Translations under genes and position numbers: made by a program | The notes under the pieces: generated by a model | Databases searched by the model: none | Told to the model about the DNA's origin: nothing | Seen by the model: the letters and a program-made list of their open reading frames with translations, nothing else | DNA from: an uncultured Chloroflexia bacterium | GTDB lineage: Bacteria; Chloroflexota; Limnocylindria; Limnocylindrales; CSP1-4 | Reading direction: 5' to 3' | Assembly: GCA_963708065.1 (NCBI GenBank) | Contig: CAVPRZ010000011.1 | Location: 524,915-588,914 of the forward strand | Length of the DNA: 64,000 nt | Shown: in pieces, positions 19,517 through 30,291 of the stretch | Layout of the letters: every line of letters begins with the position of its first letter | Position numbering within the stretch: position 1 is the first letter of the stretch

Positions 19517-19756
19517 ATGGGCAAGCGCATCGCGTCCGGGGTTCTCTGGCTCCTCGCCGGCTGGTACCTCGGCAACATCCTCGCGTACCACGCCGGCTGG
19601 AACATGCTGTTCGGCCCGGTGCTCGGGATCGCCGCCGCCGTCATCGTGGCCGGTGACCCGTTCGGGCTCATCTGGCGCCGAGCGGCCAGCCGGCCCGCGA
19701 CTGACGACGCGTCCGGCCAGCCGACGGTCGACGGCGCGACGACCCCGGCCGACTGA
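19517..19756 (+). CDS. small membrane protein (79 aa, 2 TM), hypothetical
   Basis: MGKRIASGVLWLLAGWYLGNILAYHAGWNMLFGPVLGIAAAVIVAG. Composition is hydrophobic and non-Arg-rich, lying between convergent and divergent genes. Confidence 0.35.
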   Translation: MGKRIASGVLWLLAGWYLGNILAYHAGWNMLFGPVLGIAAAVIVAGDPFGLIWRRAASRPATDDASGQPTVDGATTPAD

Positions 19757-19764
19757 CCGCCGGG

Positions 19765-21038
19765 TCAGGCCTCGAGCGGGGGCTCCGCCGGCAGGTCGAC
19801 GGTGAAGGCGGCCCCGCGGCCCTCCGCCTGCGGCTCGAGGATGAGCTCGCCGCTCATCGATCGGACGAGCTCGCGGGACACGTACAGCCCGAGCCCGCTG
19901 CCGTCCTCGGCCGACTGCTCGCCGACGCGGCTGAACCGGTTGAACAGCTGCTCGCGGTCCAGCTCCGGGATGCCCGGTCCGTGGTCGGCGATCGTCAGCC
20001 GAAGCCGCTCCGATGCCGCCTCGACCCCGACCGCCACGTCGACCCGCTCGTGGCGGCCGTACTTGACCGCGTTGTCGAGGAGCGCCCACAGCACCTGGTC
20101 GAGCTGGTCGGCGTCGGCGATCGCCAGCCAGCCGCCGGACCGGTCGTCGAGCGTGAACTCGACGTCCTTCGACGCCGAGCGCCTCCCAGGCCCGACGGAC
20201 CCGCGGCGCGAGGGCGAGGACCTCGGCCTCGGGCCGGAGCGTGCCGGACTCGAGCCGGCTGACCGTCAGCAGCTGGCGGACCATCCGGCTGACAGCCGGT
20301 CGGCCTGCTCGGCGATGATCCCGAGGCGTCGGTCGGGGCGCTCGGCGGCGAGCCGCTCGGCGTAGGCGCGGATGCTCGTCAGCGGCGTCTGGAGGTTGTG
20401 GCTGACGCCGCGCAGGAAGTCGTCCTTGGCCGCGTCGAGCTCGAGGAGCCGGGCGTTCTGGGCCTCGACCCGCTCGAACAGCTGGGCGTTGCGGACCGCG
20501 ACCCCGATCTCGCTGGCGAACAGCTCGAGGAGGTCCTGGTCGGCCCGCTCCCAGGGCCGGGTCGCCGGCAGGTGGCCGACGAGGACGCCGAGCCGCTCGT
20601 CGCCGGCCCGCAGGGCGGCCCGCACCGGGAGCGGCTCGCCGGGGACGCGCTCCTCGGCCGGGACGGTCGTCGGGGTCGACCAGGAGCACCCGCGCGTCGA
20701 TCATCCCGAACGCCGACCGGGCGTCATCGGCGGCCCGGCCGACCAGCCAGTCGACGCCGTCGCGGGGCGACGCCGCGACGAGCGCGGCGAGGATCCGCCC
20801 GAGCTCGCGGTTCCGGCGCTCGAGGTCGGCGGCGAGCCGGTTGTGGCTCTCGGCGAGGCGGGCGAGCTCGTCGTCGCCGGTGACGACGATCGGCGTGCGT
20901 CAGGTCGCCGGTCGAGACCCGATCGACGGCCGCGGCGATCGCCCGGAGCGGGGCGGTCAGGTCGGCGGCCAGCGCGAACGCGACGAGGACCGCGAGGAGG
21001 GCGGCGATGACGATCGTCAGGAGCAGGATCCGCGGCAC
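19765..21038 (-). pseudogene. sensor histidine kinase (TM-HAMP-GAF-like-HisKA-HATPase) disrupted by at least 4 apparent frameshifts; 5' end may extend to about 21180
   Basis: HK segments read in different minus frames: TM plus HAMP (LTAPLRAIAAAVDRVSTGDLT), then HisKA (DDFLRGVSHNLQTPLTSIRAYAE), the X-region (LLTVSRLESGTLRPE) and HATPase_c (LLDNAVKYG...DHGPGIP...GSGLGLYVSRELV). An additional TM helix lies in another frame at about 21080-21180. Confidence 0.65.
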
Positions 21039-21379
21039 GGTGTTCGTCCGGATCCGCCGACAGGCGCTGGGCGGCCACGGCGACGAGCCCGAACGAGGCG
21101 AGCGGCAGGACCGCCGCCGCGACGAGGGCGATCGTCAGCCGGGTCCGGAACGAGATCCCGTCGCCGATCCGCTCGGGGTCCGGCTGGACGGACGATGCCT
21201 GGCCGGGGCGCCGGCTTCGTCGGGACCGGCGCCCGCGTCCACCGGCCGGCCGTCGATCGTCGGCTCCGCCGCGACTTCGACCGTCGGCTCAGCAGCGGCG
21301 TCGAGCGTCGCCCGAGGAACCGCCGACGAGCGGTCGGCCGTGGCGCCGTCGAGCGCGTCGGGCGTCGGACGGGCCAAGC

Positions 21380-22145
21380 TCAGGCCCCGATCGCCGCCGG
21401 CCCCAGCCCGGCGGGCGGCCCGGGATCGCCGATCGCGACGAGTCGGTAGCCGACGCCGCGGACGGTCAGCAGGTGGGCCGGGTGGTTCGGGTCCAGCTCG
21501 AGCTTCTGGCGCAGCCGGCGCATCGTCACCCAGACGTAGGACGGGTCGGCGTCCTCGGTCTCGGCCCAGCCCCGGGCCAGGAGCGTCTCGGTCGTGACGA
21601 TCTGGCCGAGGTTGGCGGCGAGCGCGTAGAGCAGGCGCGACTCGGTCGGGGTGAGCTGGACCGGCGCGCCCGGCGACGATCGCCTGGCGTCGGTGCAGCT
21701 CGAGGACGAGGTCCGGGCCGAGGACGAGGCTCCGCCGCGGGACCCGATCGCCGAGGCGGCGGAGGACGCGGTTGATCCGGGCCCGGAGCTCCGGGTAGTG
21801 GTACGGCTTGGTGACGTAGTCCTCGGCGATCTCGTCGAGGAGGTCGGCCTTGCTGTCGCCCGCGTCGATCGCCGACAGGACGATGATCGGCAGGTCGGCC
21901 CGGCCCTTGATCTCGCGGGCGAGGGACAGCCCGTCGATGCGCGGCATCATCATGTCGATGATCAGCAGGTCCGGCCAGCCCGTCGCGAGCCGGCGGAGCG
22001 CCTCCTCGCCGTCGCGGGCCGTGGCGACGTCGAAGCCGTCGGCGGTCAGCTGCTCCGACAGGACCACGAGCAGGTTGGGGTCGTCGTCGACGAGCAGGAT
22101 CCGCGGCGAGATCGACCCGTGCGCGCCCGGATCGTGGCTGGGCAT
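21380..22145 (-). CDS. OmpR-family response regulator; apparent frameshift near 21665
   Basis: The receiver domain (ILLVDDDPNLL...DLLIIDMMMPRIDG...DDYVTKP) runs from 22145. The winged-helix C-terminus (PVQLTPTESRLLYALAANLGQIVTTETLLARGWAETEDADPSYVWVTMRRLRQKLE...LLTVRGVGYRL) reads in another frame and ends at 21380. Confidence 0.7.
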
Positions 22146-22178
22146 GCCCCGAGTATAGGCAGTGCATCGAGGCCGGCC

Positions 22179-23037
22179 TCACGGTACCTTTGGGTCGACG
22201 TAGCGGCAGCGTGACCGGAGGGGGCAGCGCTCGCACTCGGGGCGTCGGGCGTGGCAGGTCCGCCGCCCGTGGGTGATCAGGTTCACGTGGGCCTCGTACA
22301 TCTGGTCCGGCTCGAGCAGGCCGAGGAAGATCTCGTGAGCGTCGTCGGCCGTGGCCTCGGGGTCCGATGAGCCCGACCCGACGGCTGACCCGCTCGACGT
22401 GGCGATCGACCGGCATGAGCGGTGCTCCGAAGCAGAACAGGAGCAGGACCGATGCGGTCTTGCGGCCGATCCCGTCGATCCTGGTCAGCCAGTCCCGGGC
22501 CTCGAGCGCGGGCAGGTCCCCCAGGAACTCGAGCGAGTGGTCGCCGCGCTCCTCGCGGATCGTCCGCAGGGTCGCCTGGATCCGCGGTGCCTTCTGGTTG
22601 GCCAGGCCGCCCGGCCGGATGACGTCGACGAGCTCGGGCAGGGGCGCGGTCTCGACGGCCGTCCAGTCGGGCGGTGACGCCGTGCTGAGGCCGGCGCCGC
22701 CCCAGCCCTGGAGCGCCCGGTGCTCCTCGGGCGGCCGGTCCGACGGGTAGGCCACCCGGAGCGCCTCGAACGCCACCTCGGCGTTCACGTCGGCGCTGTT
22801 CTGGGTCAGGATCGTCAGGACGAGCTCGCTCGTCGGGTCGAGCCGGCGCTCCCAGACCGGATGCCCGTACTCGCCGGCCAGGCCGTCGAGCACGAACGGG
22901 ACGAGACCCGGCCGGGTGCGCTCGAGGCGCCGGACCCAGGTCCTGATCGGGTCGGGCTTCCGCCGCCGCTTCACGGCGCGGCGCCCGGTGCCGGCTCGGC
23001 CGGTGGCGCCACGTCCCGCCGCATGAGTGGGGCTCAT
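22179..23037 (-). CDS. nth: endonuclease III family DNA glycosylase (HhH-GPD + [4Fe-4S] loop); apparent frameshift near 22360
   Basis: The HhH-GPD segment (GLANQKAPRIQATL...LPGIGRKTASVLLLFCFGAPLMPVDRHVERV) is in the frame from 23037. The C-terminus (DAHEIFLGLLEPDQMYEAHVNLITHGRRTCHARRPECERCPL...CRY) is in another frame, with a stop at 22179. Confidence 0.7.
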
Positions 23038-24228
23038 CGCGCGGCCTCGAGCCGTGCGTGACCACGATCCGACCGAGGCCAGTCGCGAGGCACCTCCGCA
23101 CGCTTCGGCATCACGTCATGAGCGGGACTCATCGCGACGACTGGATCGAGCGGGCCAGCCGCTCGCCGCACTCGATCGAGCGGCGCCGCTCCGGCGGCGA
23201 TCGCGGCCTCGACCTCGATCGGGGCGGTCGGTGGACGGGCACGACCTCCGCGCCGAAGGCGGCGAGCGCGGCGACACCCTCGCGTCTCCACGCCGCCGCC
23301 GACCGCGATGCACCGGACGCCGGCCGCCTGCGCCCGACGGGCCACCCCGAGGGCGGTCTTCCCGAACGCGGTCTGGGCATCGATCCGGCCCTCGCCGGTG
23401 ACCACGACGTCGGCCCGGGCCAGCTTCGCGTCGAGCCCGGTCTCCTCGGCGACGAGGTCGACGCCGGGGACGAGCTCGAGCGAGCCGAACCGGTCGCGCA
23501 GGCAGAGCAGGCCGAAGCCGACGCCACCGGCCGCCCCGGCGCCGGGCGTGTCGCGCTCGCGCCGGCCGGTCGCCGCCTCGAGGCCGTCGGCCCAGCCGGC
23601 CAGCCGCCGGTCGAGGTCGGCCACCTGCTCGGCGGTCGCCCCTTTCTGCGGGCCGTACGTCGCCGCCGCGCCGGTCGGTCCGAGGAGCGGGTTCGTGACG
23701 TCGCAGGCGATCCGCAGGTCCGTCCCCGCGAGTCGCGGATCGAGCCCGGCCAGGTCGACCGGTCCGCTCGCGTCGCGCTCGGCCACGGCGCCGAGGGCCG
23801 CCAGGATCCCGGCCCCGCCATCGGTCGTGGCGCTGCCGCCGATCCCGAGGACGAGCCGCCGGACGCCGGCCTCGAGCACGGCCCGGATGAGCTCGCCCGT
23901 TCCCGCGGTCGAGGCGCGGATCGGGTCGCGCTCGTCGCGGCTGAGCCGCGAGAGCCCCGACGCCTCGGCGAGCTCGACGACGCCGTGGGCTCCATCGCGG
24001 AGCGCAGCCAGCGGGCGATGACGGTGCGGCCGAGCGGGTCGTGGGCCCTCGCCTCGCGCCACTCCCAGCCCCCGGCCAGCGCGATCGCCTCGAGCGTCCC
24101 CTCGCCGCCGTCGGCGAGCGGCGCGTGGATCGTCTCGTCGTGCGGGCGTGCCCGCGCCCAGCCGCGGCTCAGCGCGAGGGCGACCTCGACCGACGACAGC
24201 GAGCCCTTGAACGAATCCGGGGCGAACA
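23034..24228 (-). CDS. glycerate kinase; apparent frameshift near 24000
   Basis: The N-terminus VVFAPDSFKGSLSSVEVA...PLADGGEGTLEAI is in one frame, with GTG at 24228. The rest (TAGTGELI...LGIGGSATTDGGAG...EGRIDAQTAFGKT) is in another frame, with a stop at 23034 overlapping the nth start as ATGA. Confidence 0.7.
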
Positions 24229-24798
24229 CGACCGTGAGCCGGTCGGCGCCCCGCGCTTCCCCGGTCACCGCAGGTCCTTCCAGTACCACGTCGCCGGGGC
24301 GAGCGTCCCGTCGGTCAGGAGGGCGTAGTTCGGGATCGTGCCGGACTCGTGCCAGCCCGTCGACCGATAGAACGCCTCGGCGGAGCTGCCCGGTCTCCGT
24401 GTCGAGCACGAGCAGCCAGCGCCCCTCGGCGCGGGCCGTCGCCTCGGCAGCCGACATGAGGGCGGTCCCGAGCCCGCGTCGGCGGACGGTGCGATGGATG
24501 ATCACCTTGGCGATCTCGGCCCGGTGAGGCGAGTTCGGGTTTGGCGACCGGATGAGGAGGACCGACCCGACCACCCGCTCGCCGTCGAAGGCGACGAACG
24601 GGCTGATCGTCCCGTCGGCGACGGCCCCGATCCGGCCCCGCCACCACCCGGCAGCCGCGGCCTCGTCGACCCCGGCCAGGAAGTTGACCGACGCACCGCC
24701 ATCGACCGCGTCGACGAGGAGCGCGGCCAGCCCCGGGATCGCCGCCTCGTAGTCGGCCACCGACAGCGCGGCGATCCGGATGCTCCCCGTCCCGGCCA

Positions 24799-25906
24799 TC
24801 AGCGAACGGAGCGGTCGGGCACGCCCCCAGCGATCAGACCCCGGCGCTCCGCGTACTCGGGGATCCGGATCATCGGCGGGCGCTCGTGGTCGGCCAGCTC
24901 GATGACCTCGAGACCGAGCCGGCCGCGGCCCGAGCGGGGCAGCTTCATCGTCGAGCCGAGCTCGGCGAACAGGCGCGCCTTGCGCCGCTCCTCGAGCCGC
25001 TTCATCACCGCCTGGAGGATCACGAACGACATCCGCGACAGCCCCTCGAGCTCCTGGTTGCGGTGGACCCGACGCTCCAGGTCGACCTGGCCGAGGCCTT
25101 CGATCCCGACCCGCTCGGCGACGTCGATGAGGTGACCGATCTCGACCGCATAGCCGGTGAAGAACGGGATCGCCTCGAGGAGCGCCCGGCGTCCGGCGTA
25201 CTCGCCGGCCAGCGGCTGGATGAACCCCGACAGCTCCGGGTAGAAGAGGTTGATCAGCGGTCGGGCGACGAGCTCCGTGACCCGACCGCCGCCGCCCTCC
25301 TTGAGGACCCCGCCCTCGACGATCGGGCGCTGGTAGTAGCCCTTGACGTACTGGAGGCGCGGCTCGGCCAGGAGCGGCCCGAGCGTCCCGTAGACCATCC
25401 GCGGATGCCAGTTCCGGACGTCCGTGTCGGCCCAGACGATGATGTCGCCGGTGGTCTCGTAGAGCGACTTCCAGAGCGCCTCGCCCTTGCCGATGAACGA
25501 CCCGTAGCGGGTCAGCACTCGCGGGTGCTCGACGACCCGGGCGCCCTCCGCCTCGGCGATCTCGCGGGTCCGGTCGGTCGACGCGGAGTCGATGACGAGG
25601 ATCTCGTCGAGGAGCGGGACGCGACCCATCATCTCGCGGATCGCCCGGCGGACGATCGGCCCGACGGTCTCCTCCTCGTTGAGCGTCGGCAGGACGAGGC
25701 TGACCGTGATCCCCTGGGTCTCCTTGAGGTTGGCCAGGCGGCGCAGGTCGGAGAACTCGGCGTGGTGGAAGTTCGACTCGCCGAACCAGCGCTCGACCCG
25801 GGCCGGGATCGCCCGCGCCTCCTCCGCCGCCCGATCGGCGGCGGCGAGGGTCTCGGCCTTCTCGGCGAGCTGCTCGAACGTCCCGCGGCCGATCGACTCG
25901 CGGGTC
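24799..25906 (-). CDS. gpgS: glucosyl-3-phosphoglycerate synthase (GpgS, GT81-like); no independent canonical start, reads in-frame from upstream Usp domain
   Basis: ITVSLVLPTLNEEETVG, LDEILVIDSASTDRTREIA, GKGEALWKS, GDIIVWADTDV, GGGRVTELVARPL and QPLAGEYAG match the mycobacterial GpgS motif set. There is no ATG, GTG or TTG between the Usp C-terminus (VVVVK) and the GpgS core. Confidence 0.75.
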
Positions 25907-26800
25907 TTGACGACGACGACGGTCGGCTTGGCCCGCGTCGCGACTCGCCTCGGGGATCGCCCCGAAGAGCGATGCGTCGCCGCTCCCGGCGGGCGAGGCC
26001 GATGCCCCCATGACGACGAGATCCGCCCGCTCGGCCTCGCGCAGGATCGCGTTGCGGACGTTGCCCGCCTCACGCAGGAGCGGCTCCGCGCGACCCTTCA
26101 TGTGGCTCTTGATGAACGCGGCCAGCGCGCGCTCCGCCTGGGCTCGCACCGCGAGGGTGATCCCGGGCGGGACGAGGTGCAGGACGATGACCTCCGCGCC
26201 GTGGGCTCGCCCGAGCGCGTCGGCGAAGGTCAGCGCCAGCTCGGCGTGCGGACCGCCCCGCACCGGGACGAGGATCCGGCGCACATCGCGCGCGCCCCGC
26301 TGCTTGACGACGACGATGTCGCAGGGCGACTCGCGGACCACGGCGTCGATCGTCGGGCTGAACACGGTCGAGGCGCCGTCACCCCGGCGTCGGCCCCTGC
26401 CCGCCGTGGCCGCCGGCGCGAGCGGGGCCGCGACGCCGTCCCCGCCCGGCCCGGGCAGCGACTGCTTGCCGCCCCAGCCGAAGATGATCAGGTCGGACTC
26501 CTGCTCCGCGGCCGCCTCGACGATCCCCTCGGCGGCGTGGCGGCCGATCCGGACGAGCGGGTGGATCGTCGTCCCGGCGGGCGCGTAGTCGAGGACGCGC
26601 TGAAGAAGCCGGCGGGCGTGGCGGGCGCGGGTCGCCCCCTCGGACAGGGGCATGCCTTCGGGGACCTCGACGATCCCGAGCGCATCGAGCTCGCCGGCCC
26701 GCGGGTCGAGCAGGGCCGCCCCGATCCGGACGAGCTCCTCGGCGGTCCCGGGGTTGGCGACGGGGATGAGGATCCTGGCCGGGAGCGGGGCGCGCGTCAT
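25907..26800 (-). CDS. tandem universal stress protein (two UspA domains); apparent frameshift near 25945 at extreme C-terminus; possibly N-terminal part of a Usp-GpgS fusion
   Basis: ATG at 26800 overlaps the upstream stop as ATGA. Domain 1 is ARILIPVANPG...DLIIFGWGGK...CDIVVVK. Domain 2 is RRILVPVRGG...DLVVMGASASPAGSGDASLFGAIPE, then (by a frame change) RVATRAKPTVVVVK. Confidence 0.65.
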
Positions 26801-28189
26801 CCGCCGTCCCCTGCCCCGGCGGTCCCCGCGGTGAGCGCCGTCCAGCGCTCGACGAGGTACGGCTTGAGGAGCTCGAACTCGCGGGCCTGGCGCTCGACCC
26901 GCTCCTCGGCCTCGTCGGTGGTGATCTTGCGGTTCTCGATGACGAAGCTGCCGACCCGCCCGAAGTAGATCGGGACCAGGGCGGCGACGTTGCGCTCGAC
27001 GGCCTCGGGGGCGGCGGCCGAGGTCACGATGAGGTCGTAGACGACCCGGGCCCAGGCGGCGTCGGGGAAGTGGAAGGCGGCCAGCGCGTCGGCCATCCGC
27101 TCGGTCGACATCGCCGGCCCGGCATCCGCCTCGCCGGCCCGTTCGGCCGCCTCGGCCAGCTTGCCCGCCTCGCCGGCGAGCTCCATCACCGTGTCGAGCG
27201 TCGAGGGAGTGAGCATCTCGGCCCAGGTCGAGGCCATGGCCAGCGAGCCACCGTGGAACTCGGTCAGGAGGCGGATCGTGTTCACCTCGAGCGGGGGTGG
27301 ATCGGCCAGCCGCTCGAAGCCGTAGGCCGGGACGTCGTGCGAGCCGTGGATCGTCAGCCACCGGTCGGCGTTCCGGACGGCCAGCCGCAGGATCGTCCCG
27401 ACGACCTGGCGGAACATCGGCCCGAGGTCGGCCCCGGGATCCTTCGGGTCGTGGACCTTCGAGCCGAGGCGCGCCTGGCAGACGGCGAAGCCGCCGGTCA
27501 GGGCCGACGTCGTCATCCAGATGTCGATCCCGAACTTGGAGATGTCCTCGTCCCAGTCGTCGAGCGTCGAGGTAGTGCCGGACGAGATCGCCCGAGACGC
27601 CGAAGTCGCCGCCGATCGGCTGCCGGATCCGGTGCCCGTAGAGCGCCCGGGTGAGCGGGTAGGTGACCGTGTTGGTGATCGTGCCGTCGTACTTGTAGCG
27701 GCTGTAGAGCGGGGCCACGAAGTCGTAGCCGCCCTTGAGGATCGGGCCCGACAGCAGCTCGATCCACTCCGGGACGATCGAGCGGAGGTCCGAGTCGACG
27801 ACGACCAGCGCCTTGACGTCGAGCGCGGCCGCCATCTCGAAGATCGTCCGCAGCGCGGCCCCCTTGCCGCCGATCCCCTCGACCTCGGGGTAGGTGAGGG
27901 CCACGCGCTCGAGCCGGTTCGTCGGGCGGACGAGCAGGATCCGCTCGACGTAGTCGGGTGGCTCGGTCTCGGCCACCACCCGCTGGGTCCCGTCGGGCGA
28001 CCCGGCGTCGGCGTTGACCAGGACGGGACGGAGGTCGGGGAAGTACTGGACGAGCCCGGCCTGGGCGGCCCGGACGACGTGGCCGATCGTTGCGGCGTTC
28101 CGGTAGCTCGGGATGCCGACCATGATGTCGGCGCGACCGAGCCGGTCGATCTGGTCTCGGATCGCCGGGCTCAGGACGGTCTCGGGCAC
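26797..28189 (-). CDS. GpgS/MpgS-like family-2-type glycosyltransferase (second glycosyl-glycerate synthase-like enzyme); apparent frameshift near 27510
   Basis: The N-terminal part (GIPSYRNAATIG...VVVDSDL...GKGAAL) parallels the GpgS DxD and GKG motifs. The C-terminal 239 aa are a non-repetitive coding-like segment in another frame (26797..27516). Confidence 0.55.
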
Positions 28190-28198
28190 CCGGTCACC

Positions 28199-28921
28199 CT
28201 ACCACCGGCCGGCCGGCCCCGTCAGCGTCGCGGGATCGCGACCGTCGCCCAGTCGGGGTTCGGCTCGCCCGGCCGGTAGCGGCTGTTGGCCGCCTTGTAG
28301 GCCAGCTCGGTGAAGCCCGATGCTCCGCCACGTCCCGAGCCACGGGTCGACCGGCGGGCGGACGAACGCAGTCCGCCGGACGAGGTCGCTCTCGTCGAGG
28401 ACGCCCTCGAGGATCCGCTTTCGCTCGAGGAGCGGGACGTCGACGATCGGCTCGTCGTCGACGAGGAGCAGGTCGACCGCCATGAAGGCGACCGGTCCGG
28501 CCGGCGCCGCGGCTTCCCGCGCCCTGGCCAGCTCCTGGCGCTTCCGCCGGCCGGCCGAGCCGAGGAAGAGCTGGGCGGTCATGTCGGCGGCCGACGGGGC
28601 CTCGGGTCCGGTCAGCATCAGCCCCTCGCTCGACCGGGTCGCCTGGGTCGTGAGGTAGCCGTCGAGGACCAGGCTGGCGGCGCGCGTCGCGGCCTCGATC
28701 GCGGCCACGATCTCGTCGAGGTCGTCGACCGCCTCGCCGCGCTCGTCGACGATGGTGGGCGGGCCGTCGAAGCCGACCCGGACGATCGTCCGGATCCCGC
28801 CCCAGAGCGGCTCGATGACGGGGTCCGTCACGCTCCTGGCCGTCCGCCCGCCGAACCGCTGGGGCCGCCAGTCGGCGAGGTCGGCGGGGATCCGGCGAGC
28901 CGTCGCGATCTGCGATTCCAT
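28199..28921 (-). CDS. ATP-dependent DNA ligase-like protein lacking motif-I lysine (pseudo-ligase), 240 aa
   Basis: Ligase/nucleotidyltransferase motifs are recognisable. Motif I reads EPLWGGIR instead of EPKWDGxR. Motif III reads LVLDGYL. Motif IV reads EGLMLT instead of EGLVxK. Motif V reads FMAVDLL. The C-terminus is low-complexity. Confidence 0.5.
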   Translation of the reverse strand: MESQIATARRIPADLADWRPQRFGGRTARSVTDPVIEPLWGGIRTIVRVGFDGPPTIVDERGEAVDDLDEIVAAIEAATRAASLVLDGYLTTQATRSSEGLMLTGPEAPSAADMTAQLFLGSAGRRKRQELARAREAAAPAGPVAFMAVDLLLVDDEPIVDVPLLERKRILEGVLDESDLVRRTAFVRPPVDPWLGTWRSIGLHRAGLQGGQQPLPAGRAEPRLGDGRDPATLTGPAGRW

Positions 28922-28959
28922 CGATCGAAGGATACTCCGGCCCGACTATCATCCCGGGC

Positions 28960-30291
28960 GTGACGTCCCCGGCCGGCGCGATGAGCCCAGCGGCCCGCCT
29001 GGCCGCGCTCACCCCGAGCGGACAGGCCCGCGTCCCGGTCGCCTGGTCGCTCTACGACCTGGCCAACACCGTCTTCAGCTACGCGGTCGTGTCGACCGCG
29101 ATCGGGCTGTGGCTGACGTCCGACGCACGGTTCGGTCCGGGGCTGGGCCAGCTCGTCCAGGGGCTGGCGATCGCGATCAGCGTCGGCCTCAACGCGCTCG
29201 TCTCGCCGATCCTCGGAGCGCTGTCCGACCGGGGCGGGCGGCGCCTCCCGTTCCTCCTGTTCTTCACGATCCTGACGATCGTCCCGAGCTCGATCATCGG
29301 GCCGACCCCGGCGCTGGTCGGGGCGGCCCTGTTCACGATCGCCAACTTCGGCTACCAGGCGGCGCTCATCTACTACGACGCGACGCTGTCGGAGGTCAGC
29401 TCGCCGGAGACCCGCGGGCGGCTGTCCGGGATCGGAGTCGGGGTCGGCTACCTCGGGACCCTGGTCACGGCGATCACCCTGCTCGCCCTCGGGATCACCG
29501 AGACGCCCGACCCGATCTTCCTGATCGCCGGGATCCTGTTCACGGTCTTCGCCATCCCGATCTTCGTGATCGTCCGCGAGCCGGCCCCGCCACCCGGGCG
29601 GGAGCGGGTCAGCTGGGACGACGCGCGGCGGTCGCTGACCCAGATCCGGGTGACGATCGATCACGCCCGCGAGGTGCCCGGCCTGCTCCGCTTCCTGCTC
29701 GGCCGGTTCTTCTACTCGGACGCCGTCAACACGCTGATCGTCGTGATGAGCGTCCTCGCGGTGAAGGGGATGGGCCTGACCCAGGGCCAGTTCCTGTACA
29801 TCTCGCTCGTCCTGGTCGTCGTGGCGATCCTGGCCAGCTTCGGCTGGGGCCGGCTGGTAGACCGATGGGGACCGAAGCGGACGCTCGTGACCGTCCTCGC
29901 CACGTGGATCGTCGGGCTCCTCCTCGGGGTGGCCGCCCTGGCCATGCCGTCCTCGACACCCGGGATCGCGATCTTCGTCGTGGCCGGGGCGATCGTCGGG
30001 AGCGGGCTCGGCGGGGTCCAGGTCGCTGACCGGGTGCTCATGATCCGGCTCTCGCCACCACCCCGGCTCGGCGAGTTCTTCGGCCTCTACGGGCTGGTCG
30101 GCAAGGGCTCGCAGGTCGTCGGCCAGCTGCTCTACGGGCTGCTCGTGTTCCTGTTCATCGACTCGCTCGGCAACGTCGCCTACCAGATCGCGATCCTGAG
30201 CCTGCTCGTGACGATGTCGATCGGGCTGTGGCTCGTCTGGCCGGTCAAGGACCGCTGGGCCGGTGGCGATCCGATCGAGGCGGCTCAGTAG
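28960..30291 (+). CDS. MFS transporter (UMF1-like), 443 aa
   Basis: 12 predicted TM segments with typical MFS composition. The ORF is intact. Confidence 0.8.
   Translation: MTSPAGAMSPAARLAALTPSGQARVPVAWSLYDLANTVFSYAVVSTAIGLWLTSDARFGPGLGQLVQGLAIAISVGLNALVSPILGALSDRGGRRLPFLLFFTILTIVPSSIIGPTPALVGAALFTIANFGYQAALIYYDATLSEVSSPETRGRLSGIGVGVGYLGTLVTAITLLALGITETPDPIFLIAGILFTVFAIPIFVIVREPAPPPGRERVSWDDARRSLTQIRVTIDHAREVPGLLRFLLGRFFYSDAVNTLIVVMSVLAVKGMGLTQGQFLYISLVLVVVAILASFGWGRLVDRWGPKRTLVTVLATWIVGLLLGVAALAMPSSTPGIAIFVVAGAIVGSGLGGVQVADRVLMIRLSPPPRLGEFFGLYGLVGKGSQVVGQLLYGLLVFLFIDSLGNVAYQIAILSLLVTMSIGLWLVWPVKDRWAGGDPIEAAQ

Noticed and set aside
23129-28189. 1686-aa ORF on the minus strand
   Set aside because: It is an artefact of stop-codon scarcity at about 72% GC. 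It concatenates parts of the GpgS-like GT, Usp and glycerate-kinase genes with long Arg/Gly/Pro-rich out-of-frame stretches.
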